This document shows, piece by piece, positions 16,155 to 24,160 of a DNA stretch of 37,981 bases. A model generated the notes under the pieces. That model was not told the DNA's origin. It did no database searches and was given only the letters and a program-made list of their open reading frames with translations. Source of the DNA: Candidatus Aenigmatarchaeota archaeon (GTDB taxonomy: Archaea; Aenigmatarchaeota; Aenigmatarchaeia; GW2011-AR5); contig JACQID010000001.1 in assembly GCA_016198685.1 (NCBI GenBank), positions 1 to 37,981 on the forward strand. The letters are read 5' to 3'. How positions within the stretch are numbered: position 1 is the first letter of the stretch; each line of letters begins with the position of its first letter. Both the position numbers and the translations under genes were made by a program.

Positions 16155-16802
16155 ATGAAACTGCCTGACATCGACAAGCGTATGGTGCATCCAATTTTAG
16201 CTCTTGCCGCAATTACAATTATTCTGCTGATTCCCCTGCCCCAGAAAGAACTGGTGGCATACACGGAAAATGCCCCTTACGAAGCTATCATAATCAGCGA
16301 GAATCCGCCAGGCAGCAGCACGAACAAAGTTTGCTTGACCGTTCTTCAGCCTTCAAGCCAAAAAGCTTGCACCAGGGATAATATATCTTTTAGCATTTCA
16401 ACCGTAGAATGCAGCAACATTTCCGCATCAGTGGCCACGTACAATATCCACAATCTTGCTACAAAAAGAGGAGAGTTTAACATTGTTGTAGGTTTTGATC
16501 TGAATGATGGCAAAAAATCCGAAAGATCTTATGACCGTACTATAGATGGAAAAACTACAGAGACAATCGCATTTTCGATAAGCAATCCAGAAACCAAGGG
16601 ATGCTACATAAGGGTGAATAATGCCGTTTCCGAGCTTGAATGCAAGGATGCCGTGAAATATACGGCGGATACGAACTGTTACGGCGGCGACAATCTTCCT
16701 AAATTAGAGGAAGAAAGAGCGACGTTATACAAGGAAATTGAAAGACAGAAGTTCGTGACTGTGTATAAGCCTCTTATTCAGACCCTTTTAGGATATCGCT
16801 AA
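16155..16802 (+). CDS. Membrane-anchored extracytoplasmic hypothetical protein
   Basis: N-terminal TM segment (ILALAAITIILLIPLP) followed by a Cys-containing, beta-rich region with NIS sequons. Confidence 0.7.
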   Translation: MKLPDIDKRMVHPILALAAITIILLIPLPQKELVAYTENAPYEAIIISENPPGSSTNKVCLTVLQPSSQKACTRDNISFSISTVECSNISASVATYNIHNLATKRGEFNIVVGFDLNDGKKSERSYDRTIDGKTTETIAFSISNPETKGCYIRVNNAVSELECKDAVKYTADTNCYGGDNLPKLEEERATLYKEIERQKFVTVYKPLIQTLLGYR

Positions 16803-18541
16803 AGGCCCCAGACAGGTTTCTCCTTTCTCTTGATTTCTTCTATCTCTTTGAGCACAGTCTTCTCGCTTTCGGACATGAATGACATGTGCTTGATCAGTTT
16901 CCTGTAATCGGCCTCAGAGATTTCCGTGTATAATATATCATTCTCCTTGATGCCGCGGCCAATCTGTATCCCGTCTATGGAAACGGCGACTTTCTCGGCT
17001 ATCTTGGCTTCCTGCACTGATTCACCCTGATTTTCTATTTGTTTTATCCTGCCTGCAGGCTTGCCTTCTTTTTGCAGATGGAAGCCCGGCTTAATAATGC
17101 CTCCCAAAATCTCGCAGCCAACAACCGCGGGGTTGGAAGCACGGAAAACAAAACCTGGTATGAGCCTGAGCTTGCCGGCTCTCGATACGCCTTCAAGCTC
17201 GGCCTTCTTGAGTTCTTCTTCCTTGGCTTTCTGCCATTTTCCATATTCCTCTTCCAGTCTGTATATGACATCAGAAACCAGGATGGTTATTCCCTGGTCT
17301 TTGGCAAAGGTTGTTATTTCTTCAGAAGGTTTGACATTGAAAGATGCTATTACCCGGAATTTTGGGTCAGCGTTGCCGCCTGCTTTTATGATGCTTTCTC
17401 TCGTGACGTTGCCTGCAAGAGCCTCTTTGATCGGGTATTTACTGAAAACGTTTATCATGGCTTCCAGGCTTCCTATTGTGTCAGCCCTTAGTATTATTCC
17501 CTCAACTTCGCCGCGTATTTCCACATCCTCGGCCTTGTCCATGCTTTCAAGCAGCGTCTTGGCTTCTTCTTGCGTCTTGGCAGAGGCGATGGGGGAACCG
17601 GCTTTAACATTGTCAAGATTTGGCGCGGCAATTTTAACGCCAGAGGCGGCATGGACTTCGTCAACATAGCGGAATTTTTTCTCAGTGCGTATATCGCGCA
17701 TGGGCTGCGGTAGCATAAGCGTCCTTATCTTAGTGACTGTGCGAGATGTCCCGCCTATTGCAAGATATTCGCCTTTTGATATGCTGCCGTCGTATATTAT
17801 CGTGTCAATAGTAGTGCCCATGCCAGTTACATCTTTGACTTCCATGACCGTTCCTCGTGCGCGTCCGGTGACTGCCAGCCTGTCTTTGAGGAACTGCTGA
17901 GAAAGTCCTGATAATATAGCAAGAAGCTCAGGCAGGCCTTCGCCCGTCTTGGCAGATACAGGAATGCCCGCCACGGTCTTTGTGAAGTCTTGCACGCGGT
18001 CGAACCGATCAACAGTTATCCCGTGCGCCAAGAACTGTTCCGCTACCCTGTAAAAAGATTCTTCAAATTTTCCTATGACATCTTCCTTTTGGCTGCTCAC
18101 GTTTTCAAGAAAGCTCTGCGCAGGCTTCCATCCTTCTATCCTGTCTATTTTTGTCATGACAACTACGAAAGGGACTCGGGAATTTTTGAGTATGTTGAGG
18201 CTTTCTTCGGTTTGAGGCATCATCCCATCGTTGATGTCAACAACGAGCATGGCCAGGTCTGATATAGAGCCGCCGCGCTTCCTTAAAGTCGAAAAAGCTT
18301 CATGTCCTGGCGTATCAATGAACAAGAGGCCAGGTATGTTGAGGGAAAAATGAAACTTCTCCATGACAGGACCTGCAACTTTTCTTATGGTTTCTGCCGG
18401 TATTTCTGTTGTTCCGATTGCCTGCGTTATGCCGCCGGCTTCGCCTTGGGCGATAGCGGTGCCCCTTATGCCGTCTAGCAATGAAGTCTTTCCGTGGTCT
18501 ACATGACCCAATGTAGCTATTATCGGTTGCCTGAGTGCCAT
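16799..18541 (-). CDS. infB: Translation initiation factor aIF5B (IF-2)
   Basis: LRQPIIATLGHVDHGKTSLLD, GGITQAIG, LLFIDTPGHEAFSTLRKRGG, TKID, GSLEA and FRASNPAVVG. No intein is visible. Confidence 0.98.
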   Translation of the reverse strand: MALRQPIIATLGHVDHGKTSLLDGIRGTAIAQGEAGGITQAIGTTEIPAETIRKVAGPVMEKFHFSLNIPGLLFIDTPGHEAFSTLRKRGGSISDLAMLVVDINDGMMPQTEESLNILKNSRVPFVVVMTKIDRIEGWKPAQSFLENVSSQKEDVIGKFEESFYRVAEQFLAHGITVDRFDRVQDFTKTVAGIPVSAKTGEGLPELLAILSGLSQQFLKDRLAVTGRARGTVMEVKDVTGMGTTIDTIIYDGSISKGEYLAIGGTSRTVTKIRTLMLPQPMRDIRTEKKFRYVDEVHAASGVKIAAPNLDNVKAGSPIASAKTQEEAKTLLESMDKAEDVEIRGEVEGIILRADTIGSLEAMINVFSKYPIKEALAGNVTRESIIKAGGNADPKFRVIASFNVKPSEEITTFAKDQGITILVSDVIYRLEEEYGKWQKAKEEELKKAELEGVSRAGKLRLIPGFVFRASNPAVVGCEILGGIIKPGFHLQKEGKPAGRIKQIENQGESVQEAKIAEKVAVSIDGIQIGRGIKENDILYTEISEADYRKLIKHMSFMSESEKTVLKEIEEIKRKEKPVWGL

Positions 18542-18577
18542 CTGATTACACCAGATTAACTTATCCTGGCAAAGAAT

Positions 18578-18973
18578 TTATATCGTATATGGAAGTCTCT
18601 CGGATCTCTTTTTGATTCCGCGCCTATTTCTCAGAAAGTCTGCAACTATGTCAACACTTCTTGAATATGGTCTTTCTCCTAGATAATTTAGTAACTCTAT
18701 TCCTCTATGCTTTGTAAGCTTACCTGACATGCCTCTCATTGTCAGGATATTTTCTATTGTGATCATGGAATTGGCAGCATCGTCTAGTATATTCAATTCC
18801 GGATAATATGCCACACTTAGGCCATTTCCTACCGGTACGCATGAAACGTAGAATGGGCCAACAGATATCATAGGCGCATTTTCGCTATCGAGGTACTCTT
18901 TCAATTTTTCATATCCCGAATCTATGCATGCTACCATATAATGGGATCCTGCACTACGAAAAAACTTCGGCAT
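18578..18973 (-). CDS. Hypothetical protein (ORFan)
   Basis: 131-aa ORF filling the gap between infB and thiI. Confidence 0.6.
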   Translation of the reverse strand: MPKFFRSAGSHYMVACIDSGYEKLKEYLDSENAPMISVGPFYVSCVPVGNGLSVAYYPELNILDDAANSMITIENILTMRGMSGKLTKHRGIELLNYLGERPYSRSVDIVADFLRNRRGIKKRSERLPYTI

Positions 18974-18976
18974 GTT

Positions 18977-19107
18977 ATTGCCCTGTCGGCAATTTTCAAA
19001 TATCTATCGGGAGACGTATTATAGTTCTCCAAGGAAACAAGCAAGTATTACTTCCTTGGGAACTATATGTGAACCCAGCAAATCATATCCGAAATCTTTA
19101 CTGGGTT
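18977..19107. repeat. Three consecutive inverted repeats in a divergent intergenic region
   Basis: ATTGCC/GGCAAT (18977-18993); TATAGTTC(T)CCAAGGAA/TTCCTTGGGAACTATA (19020-19067, 16 bp with one bulge); AACCCAGCAAA/TTTACTGGGTT (19072-19107, 11 bp with one mismatch). Confidence 0.8.
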
Positions 19108-19138
19108 AACTATAAAACCTATGCCGCATAGACCGTTA

Positions 19139-20278
19139 ATGCACGACATGATAGGCGTTCATTATTCTGAGATAGCTCTCAAAGGCCAGAATAGAGGATA
19201 CTTTGAGAAGAGCCTCAGGCAGAACGTAAGGCGCATGCTGAAAGGCGAGGAGTGCAGTATTGAGAGCGTTCATGACAGGATACTTATACGGCTCTTGCCG
19301 GGCGCAAACGAAAAAAGCATCGGGGAGAAACTGCAGTGCGTTTTCGGAATATCGCATTTTTACCCCGCTTTTTCATGCGGAAAAAGCATCGAAGAGATAG
19401 GCCTAAAGGCGCGGGAAATCTTTCAGCAGGTGCCCAAAGACAAGACATTCAAAGTCAAATCTTCGCGTGCGGACAAGAAATTCCCGATTGATTCGCAGGA
19501 GCTAAACAGGCGCTTAGGCGAAATATTCTACAATGACGGCTACACTGTCGACGTGAAAAAGCCTGACGTGACGCTGCATGTCGATATAATCAAGGATTTC
19601 GCTTTGGTGTATACGGAAAAGACGGCATGTTACGGCGGCATGCCCGTAGGCACGTCCGGCAAAGTTGTCGTGCTTTTTTCGGGCGGTATAGATTCGCCTG
19701 TCGCATCATGGTACGCCATGAAAAGGGGCTGCAGGCCCGTATATGTGCATTTCCATGCAATGCGCAGCAATGCAGATGCCGCGAAGAGCAAGATAGGGAG
19801 GCTTGTGCAAAGCCTTTGCAGATATTCTGGCAGAGCAAAGCTCTATCTTGTGCCTTATGATACCTTCCAGGTCAGTTGCGCTTCGGATTATGAGCTTGTA
19901 GTATTCAGGCGGTTCATTAACAGAGTGGCTGAAAAAATAGCTGCACTCGAAGGCGCAAAAGTCCTGGTCACCGGCGAAAGCATAGCACAAGTTGCATCGC
20001 AGACGCTCGATAATATGGCTGCAATCGAAGAGGCTGTAAAGATTCCCATAATAAGGCCCTTGGCGGGAATGAACAAGGATGAAATAATAGCAAAAGCCGA
20101 GGAAATAGGAACATACGAACTTTCGCTTGGAGATTACAAGGACTGCTGCTCCATTGTATCAAGGCATCCAAGAACCAAGGCAAACTTGGAAAAGATAAAG
20201 GCCGACGAGGAGAAGATGAATATCGAAAAACTTGCGGAAGAGACCTTGGCGCAGGCGGAGATGTATATTTTTGATTAG
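19139..20278 (+). CDS. thiI: tRNA 4-thiouridine synthase ThiI (THUMP + PP-loop, no rhodanese domain)
   Basis: HYSEIALKGQNRGYFE, THUMP (TFKVKSSRADKKF), GGMPVGTSGK, PP-loop SGGIDSPVA, TGESIAQVASQT, RPL and DCC. TATAAAA at 19111-19117 favours ATG 19139 over 19121. Confidence 0.95.
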   Translation: MHDMIGVHYSEIALKGQNRGYFEKSLRQNVRRMLKGEECSIESVHDRILIRLLPGANEKSIGEKLQCVFGISHFYPAFSCGKSIEEIGLKAREIFQQVPKDKTFKVKSSRADKKFPIDSQELNRRLGEIFYNDGYTVDVKKPDVTLHVDIIKDFALVYTEKTACYGGMPVGTSGKVVVLFSGGIDSPVASWYAMKRGCRPVYVHFHAMRSNADAAKSKIGRLVQSLCRYSGRAKLYLVPYDTFQVSCASDYELVVFRRFINRVAEKIAALEGAKVLVTGESIAQVASQTLDNMAAIEEAVKIPIIRPLAGMNKDEIIAKAEEIGTYELSLGDYKDCCSIVSRHPRTKANLEKIKADEEKMNIEKLAEETLAQAEMYIFD

Positions 20279-20694
20279 CCAAACCAGAGCTTGATTTCCT
20301 TTTCCGCTTCTTCTTTTGTCGCAGAGGCGTGAACAAGATTTTTCATGATCCTGTCGTCGTCCGCTAGCTTCATGTCGCCGAACTCGTTGCGGATCGTACC
20401 CTTCTCGGCTTTCATAGGGTCTGTTGAGCCCGTCACTTTTCTTGCAGTTGCCACGGCGTTATTGCCTTCAAATATGATGGCTACTATTTTGCCTGAAGAC
20501 ATGAATTTCTCCAATGAAGGATAGAAACCTTTCTGAACATGCGCAGAATAATGCTGTTTCAATGTTGCAGCGGTTGCGACTAGCTCTTCTCTTCTTATCA
20601 TTCTGAGGCCAGCTTTCTCGTATTTCTGGACAATATCATTTTCAAGCCCCTTTGCCACCGCATCAGGCTTTAATATAATCAGCGTTTTTTCCAT
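20275..20694 (-). CDS. ndk: Nucleoside diphosphate kinase
   Basis: EKTLIILKPDAV, HY..H..KGFY..L..FMSSG, G.TDP..A..GTIR..FG, phospho-His NLVHAS and EIKLWF. Confidence 0.96.
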   Translation of the reverse strand: MEKTLIILKPDAVAKGLENDIVQKYEKAGLRMIRREELVATAATLKQHYSAHVQKGFYPSLEKFMSSGKIVAIIFEGNNAVATARKVTGSTDPMKAEKGTIRNEFGDMKLADDDRIMKNLVHASATKEEAEKEIKLWFG

Positions 20695-20771
20695 TTTATA
20701 ATCACCTTTATTTTATTCAGCGGAACGGATTAAAAAGATGTCTTTGAACTCCTTGCAAGAGCATTGCAGAA

Positions 20772-21098
20772 TTAATCAGTAAGCTCGATCTCAATGTTGA
20801 CGTCACGGGGGATTCTTATTCTTGTTATCTGGCGCAATACGCGATCGTTGGCGCCTACGTCAAGGATTCTTTTATGAACGCGTAGTTCCCATGTTTCCCA
20901 GTTGCCGCCCCCGCCGCCCCGGTGCATGCCGTCGCCGCATGGCGTTCTCATGACAGGGACGCGAAGCTTCTTTGTTGGAAGAGGAATAGGACCAGAAACA
21001 GGCACGCCGATCTTCTCGGAGATGTCCTTGATCTCGCTGCAGATGCTATCTAAGGTCGTTGGGTTTTTCCCCGTCAGTTTTACGCGTGCCGTCTGCAT
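20772..21098 (-). CDS. rps10: 30S ribosomal protein S10 (uS10) with Gly-rich loop insertion
   Basis: ARVKLTG, GPIPLPTKKL...R.PCG.G, WE.RVHKR.LD and IP.DVNIEI. Confidence 0.96.
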   Translation of the reverse strand: MQTARVKLTGKNPTTLDSICSEIKDISEKIGVPVSGPIPLPTKKLRVPVMRTPCGDGMHRGGGGGNWETWELRVHKRILDVGANDRVLRQITRIRIPRDVNIEIELTD

Positions 21099-21123
21099 AG
21101 TGTTAATTACATTAACGGATAAG

Positions 21124-21131
21124 TATAAAAA
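21124..21131 (-). promoter_or_regulatory. Putative TATA box for rps10
   Basis: Minus-strand TTTTTATA about 26-33 bp upstream of the uS10 ATG. Confidence 0.55.
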
Positions 21132-21186
21132 TCTACTATCGTTTCCCGGAAAAAGGATATTATAGGAAAGGAAAACGATGAGAATT

Positions 21187-21210
21187 GAAAAATAAAAAAA
21201 GAAGGAAAAA
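21187..21210 (-). terminator. Oligo-T archaeal-type terminator after aEF-1alpha
   Basis: Minus strand TTTTTCCTTCTTTTTTTATTTTTC lies immediately after the tuf stop codon. Confidence 0.6.
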
Positions 21211-21217
21211 CAGCCGA

Positions 21218-22486
21218 TTATTCTACAACCGTGTCGATGCAGATACCTGCTGCAACGGTCTGGCCCATGTCTCTTATGGCGAACTTCGCCATATCGGGCA
21301 TTTCGGACTGCTTTTCTACGATCATGGGTTTCATAGGCTTGACCTTTATTACCGCAACATCACCAGTCTTGATGAAGTCAGGCTTTTCCTGCGCAACAGC
21401 GCCGGTCTTCGGGTCAATCTTCTTGACTATTTCGATTATCGTGCAGGCTACCTGCGAGGTGTTGATGTGGAATACCGGAGTGTAGCCCTTGCTCATTACG
21501 CTTGGGTGGTTGAGCACGACTATCTGGGCAGTGAATTCTTTCACAGGCTTGGCTGGCGTGTCCGGATGGCATGCGACATCGCCGCGCTTTATGGCCTTCT
21601 TGTCAACGCCTCTGACGCTAAAGCCGATGTTGTCGCCAGGTCTTGCTTCTGTGACCTGTTCGTGGTGCATTTCTATCGACTTTATTTCTCCCTGCACTCC
21701 GGAAGGCATGAACACAACTTTGTCGTTAATCTTCAGTATGCCGGTTTCAACTCTACCTACAGGTACAACGCCGATTCCGCTTATGGAATATACGTCCTGT
21801 ATAGGCAGTCTCAATGGCTTGTCAACAGGCTGCTCAGGCACCGTAAATGTGTCCAAGGCTTCAACGAGGAACGGACCCGTGTACCAAGGCATGTTTGCAG
21901 ATTTCTTGGCAATGTTGTCTCCCTTATAACCGGACGTAGGAACGAATTTGATGTTCTCAACCTTGTATCCTATGCCCTTGAGGAGCTTCACTACGGTTTC
22001 CTTTGTCGCGTTAAACTTGGCTTCTTCATAATTCATGGCATCCATTTTGTTGATTGCCACGACCATTTGAGGAACGCCGAGCACTTTAGCAAGATAAGCG
22101 TGTTCCTTTGTCTGATCCTGTATGCCTTCCTTTGCAGAAACGACGAGTATTGCGCCGTCTGCCTGGGAAGTACCGGTTATCATGTTCTTGACAAAGTCCC
22201 TGTGACCAGGGGCATCTATTATAGTAAAGTAGTGCTTAGGTGTATCGAATCTCTGGTGCATGATGTCAATCGTCAGGCCTCTTTCTCTTTCTTCTTTCAG
22301 CCTGTCCATTACGAATGCGAATTCGAATGTTTCCTTTTTCAGCTCCTTGGCTGTTTCCTGCAGCTTTCTCATAACGTCTTCACGGACATTGCCCGTGTCG
22401 TAGAGCAGTCTGCCTACGAGCGTTGACTTACCATGGTCAACGTGCCCTATTGTAACAAGATTCATATGTGGTTTCTTATCTGCCAT
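21218..22486 (-). CDS. tuf: Translation elongation factor aEF-1 alpha
   Basis: [61 protein letters not shown] and [13 protein letters not shown]. Confidence 0.99.
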   Translation of the reverse strand: MADKKPHMNLVTIGHVDHGKSTLVGRLLYDTGNVREDVMRKLQETAKELKKETFEFAFVMDRLKEERERGLTIDIMHQRFDTPKHYFTIIDAPGHRDFVKNMITGTSQADGAILVVSAKEGIQDQTKEHAYLAKVLGVPQMVVAINKMDAMNYEEAKFNATKETVVKLLKGIGYKVENIKFVPTSGYKGDNIAKKSANMPWYTGPFLVEALDTFTVPEQPVDKPLRLPIQDVYSISGIGVVPVGRVETGILKINDKVVFMPSGVQGEIKSIEMHHEQVTEARPGDNIGFSVRGVDKKAIKRGDVACHPDTPAKPVKEFTAQIVVLNHPSVMSKGYTPVFHINTSQVACTIIEIVKKIDPKTGAVAQEKPDFIKTGDVAVIKVKPMKPMIVEKQSEMPDMAKFAIRDMGQTVAAGICIDTVVE

Positions 22487-22493
22487 TCAAATT

Positions 22494-22500
22494 ACCTCCT
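22494..22500 (-). promoter_or_regulatory. Shine-Dalgarno site of tuf
   Basis: AGGAGGT on the minus strand, 7 nt before the ATG at 22486. Confidence 0.75.
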
Positions 22501-22822
22501 TTGTACAAATGCGCGCAAGCGCCAGCATAATAATGCCTATCTTAACCTGCCCGGAAATCTTTTTAACTTTAATGCAACGGGCTCCCAACGAGCCAATCAT
22601 ACAGTTCTTCTGCCGGTATAAAAGCTCCTTTTTCCTCTTATTTCAAGACGAATATCATATCCGTCCGCAGAAGTCATCAAGATTTCTGTTTGTTCAGCGA
22701 GCCTGTAAAATTCAGGTATCCCGTTAATGCCTCATTTTTTAGCAACCGCCCGCTCAACCTTTCCAGCGTACAGACGACAGCATGCACTGCAAGAGGAGGA
22801 TAAGCCTCAAGATTAGAAATTG

Positions 22823-23437
22823 TCAGCTTCTCATATATTTCTTTTCCCATTTCTCTAACCTGCTTTCTGACACAGGATAATGCTGTTCTTGTTCTTTTTC
22901 CTCGGGAAAATTCGGGCTCAAGAAGATAATGGAAATCGCAGCTCCGAAAAGCAGCCCGGCTATGTGAGCGGCGTTCGCAATGCCAGAAGGCGCGAACATG
23001 CCGAGCAAATCGATGAGAAGCCAGACACCAGCTGCAGCCAGCATGGGCATCGGGATTCCCATGACCCACACAGTCATACGAGGCCTTAGTGCGGCAAGGG
23101 CGCCCAGAACGCCGAAAATCGCCCCGGATGCCCCGAGTGACGCTTCGTAGAAAAATAGCGTTGCTATGCTTGCAATGATGCCGGCGGAAAAGTATAACAA
23201 GAGAAAGCGGCTTCTGCCTATTATGCTTTCAAGTATAGTTCCGAATAAGAGAAGCGCGAAAAGATTGGACAAGAGATGCGTCAGACTGCCATGAAGAAAC
23301 ATCGAAGTTATGAGTGTCCATGGCCGCTCCGTCACTTCAGATGAAACAAGCACGAAACTATCCGTAAAGCCTTCGACAGTCGTCTGGAGCAAGAATATGA
23401 CCACCATTATTGCCGAGAGTTTGATGGAATCATACAT
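22823..23437 (-). CDS. Rhomboid family intramembrane serine protease
   Basis: PWTLITSMFLHG...HLLSN, catalytic GASGAIFG and AHIAG. Confidence 0.95.
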   Translation of the reverse strand: MYDSIKLSAIMVVIFLLQTTVEGFTDSFVLVSSEVTERPWTLITSMFLHGSLTHLLSNLFALLLFGTILESIIGRSRFLLLYFSAGIIASIATLFFYEASLGASGAIFGVLGALAALRPRMTVWVMGIPMPMLAAAGVWLLIDLLGMFAPSGIANAAHIAGLLFGAAISIIFLSPNFPEEKEQEQHYPVSESRLEKWEKKYMRS

Positions 23438-23443
23438 AAATAT

Positions 23444-24127
23444 CTAAGGCCATTCCTTTGATTTCGGCGTAGCCGAATAACATTTGTCGTTGTATTCGCA
23501 GAACCTGCACATCCATATGCTTTTGGGGCTGCCGCGCGCTTCGGGTATCGGCAGAACATCATTGACAAGGCACTTGTGCAGGGCCTTGAACCTGTTTATG
23601 ACGGCTTTCACCTTGGCTTCGTCGTATTTGGCCGGAAACCACTTCGTCTGCAAGTTTGTTTTATCGACATACAAAACGACTCCGTCATGGACCCCAAGGA
23701 TGTGCATGTAAAGCTGGAGCTGCGATTCATGCGCAGAGGATGCTTCGTTGATGTATGCTATGCTTTTCGAGGATTTGACTTCGACCAGCAACTGCGTGCC
23801 GTCTGCTTTAAGGAGAATCAGGTCGTCTATCCTGCCGGAAATGACAAAATCCTCTACCTGCTCCTTGAAAGGAAATTCTTCCTTGAGCAGCTCTATGTGC
23901 GGATTCTTGTCGCTTTTGAGCACCTTTGCGATGAAATCATGCATGATGTTTCCGAGCTCGAATATCTTTATCTGGGCGGGGGCAAATTCAATCGGCTCCT
24001 TATAAGAATACCAGACTTTTCGGAGGCAATATCCTATCTCGCTGGGGTAATATCTGCCTATTTCCTTCTTCTTCTTTTCGTGATCAAAGAAAGCGTCTAT
24101 CATGGCATTGAAGTCGGGAGGTTGCAT
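23444..24127 (-). CDS. Solo Cas4-like / PD-(D/E)xK RecB-family nuclease with 4 Fe-S-type Cys
   Basis: YPSEIGYCLRK (Cys 1), GNIMH, SGRIDD, VEVKS, QLQLY (QxxxY) and C-terminal CRFCEYNDKC (Cx2Cx5C). Confidence 0.88.
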   Translation of the reverse strand: MQPPDFNAMIDAFFDHEKKKKEIGRYYPSEIGYCLRKVWYSYKEPIEFAPAQIKIFELGNIMHDFIAKVLKSDKNPHIELLKEEFPFKEQVEDFVISGRIDDLILLKADGTQLLVEVKSSKSIAYINEASSAHESQLQLYMHILGVHDGVVLYVDKTNLQTKWFPAKYDEAKVKAVINRFKALHKCLVNDVLPIPEARGSPKSIWMCRFCEYNDKCYSATPKSKEWP

Positions 24128-24160
24128 GATTTAAACTGCTCTGAAGAGATAAATAATGTC

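Noticed and set aside
21185-22426. 413-aa plus-strand ORF antisense to EF-1alpha
   Set aside because: It is the exact antisense of a highly conserved, codon-biased gene. Stop-free antisense frames are a known by-product, and the product has no recognisable motifs.
16799-22486. Inteins or introns in infB, tuf or other core genes
   Set aside because: Protein lengths and motifs are continuous, with no C/S...HN splice motifs or LAGLIDADG insertions.
22487-22822. SRP RNA, RNase P RNA or tRNA in the long spacer
   Set aside because: The diagnostic motifs (SRP helix-8 GNAR/AGCAG, RNase P GAGGAAAGUCC, tRNA T-loop GTTCRANYC) were not found on either strand.
23576-24160. 195-codon N-terminal extension of the DUF2079 gene (707-aa ORF call)
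   Set aside because: It lies antisense to the cas4-like gene. The membrane-protein sequence begins at ATG 24161, after a TATA-like element.
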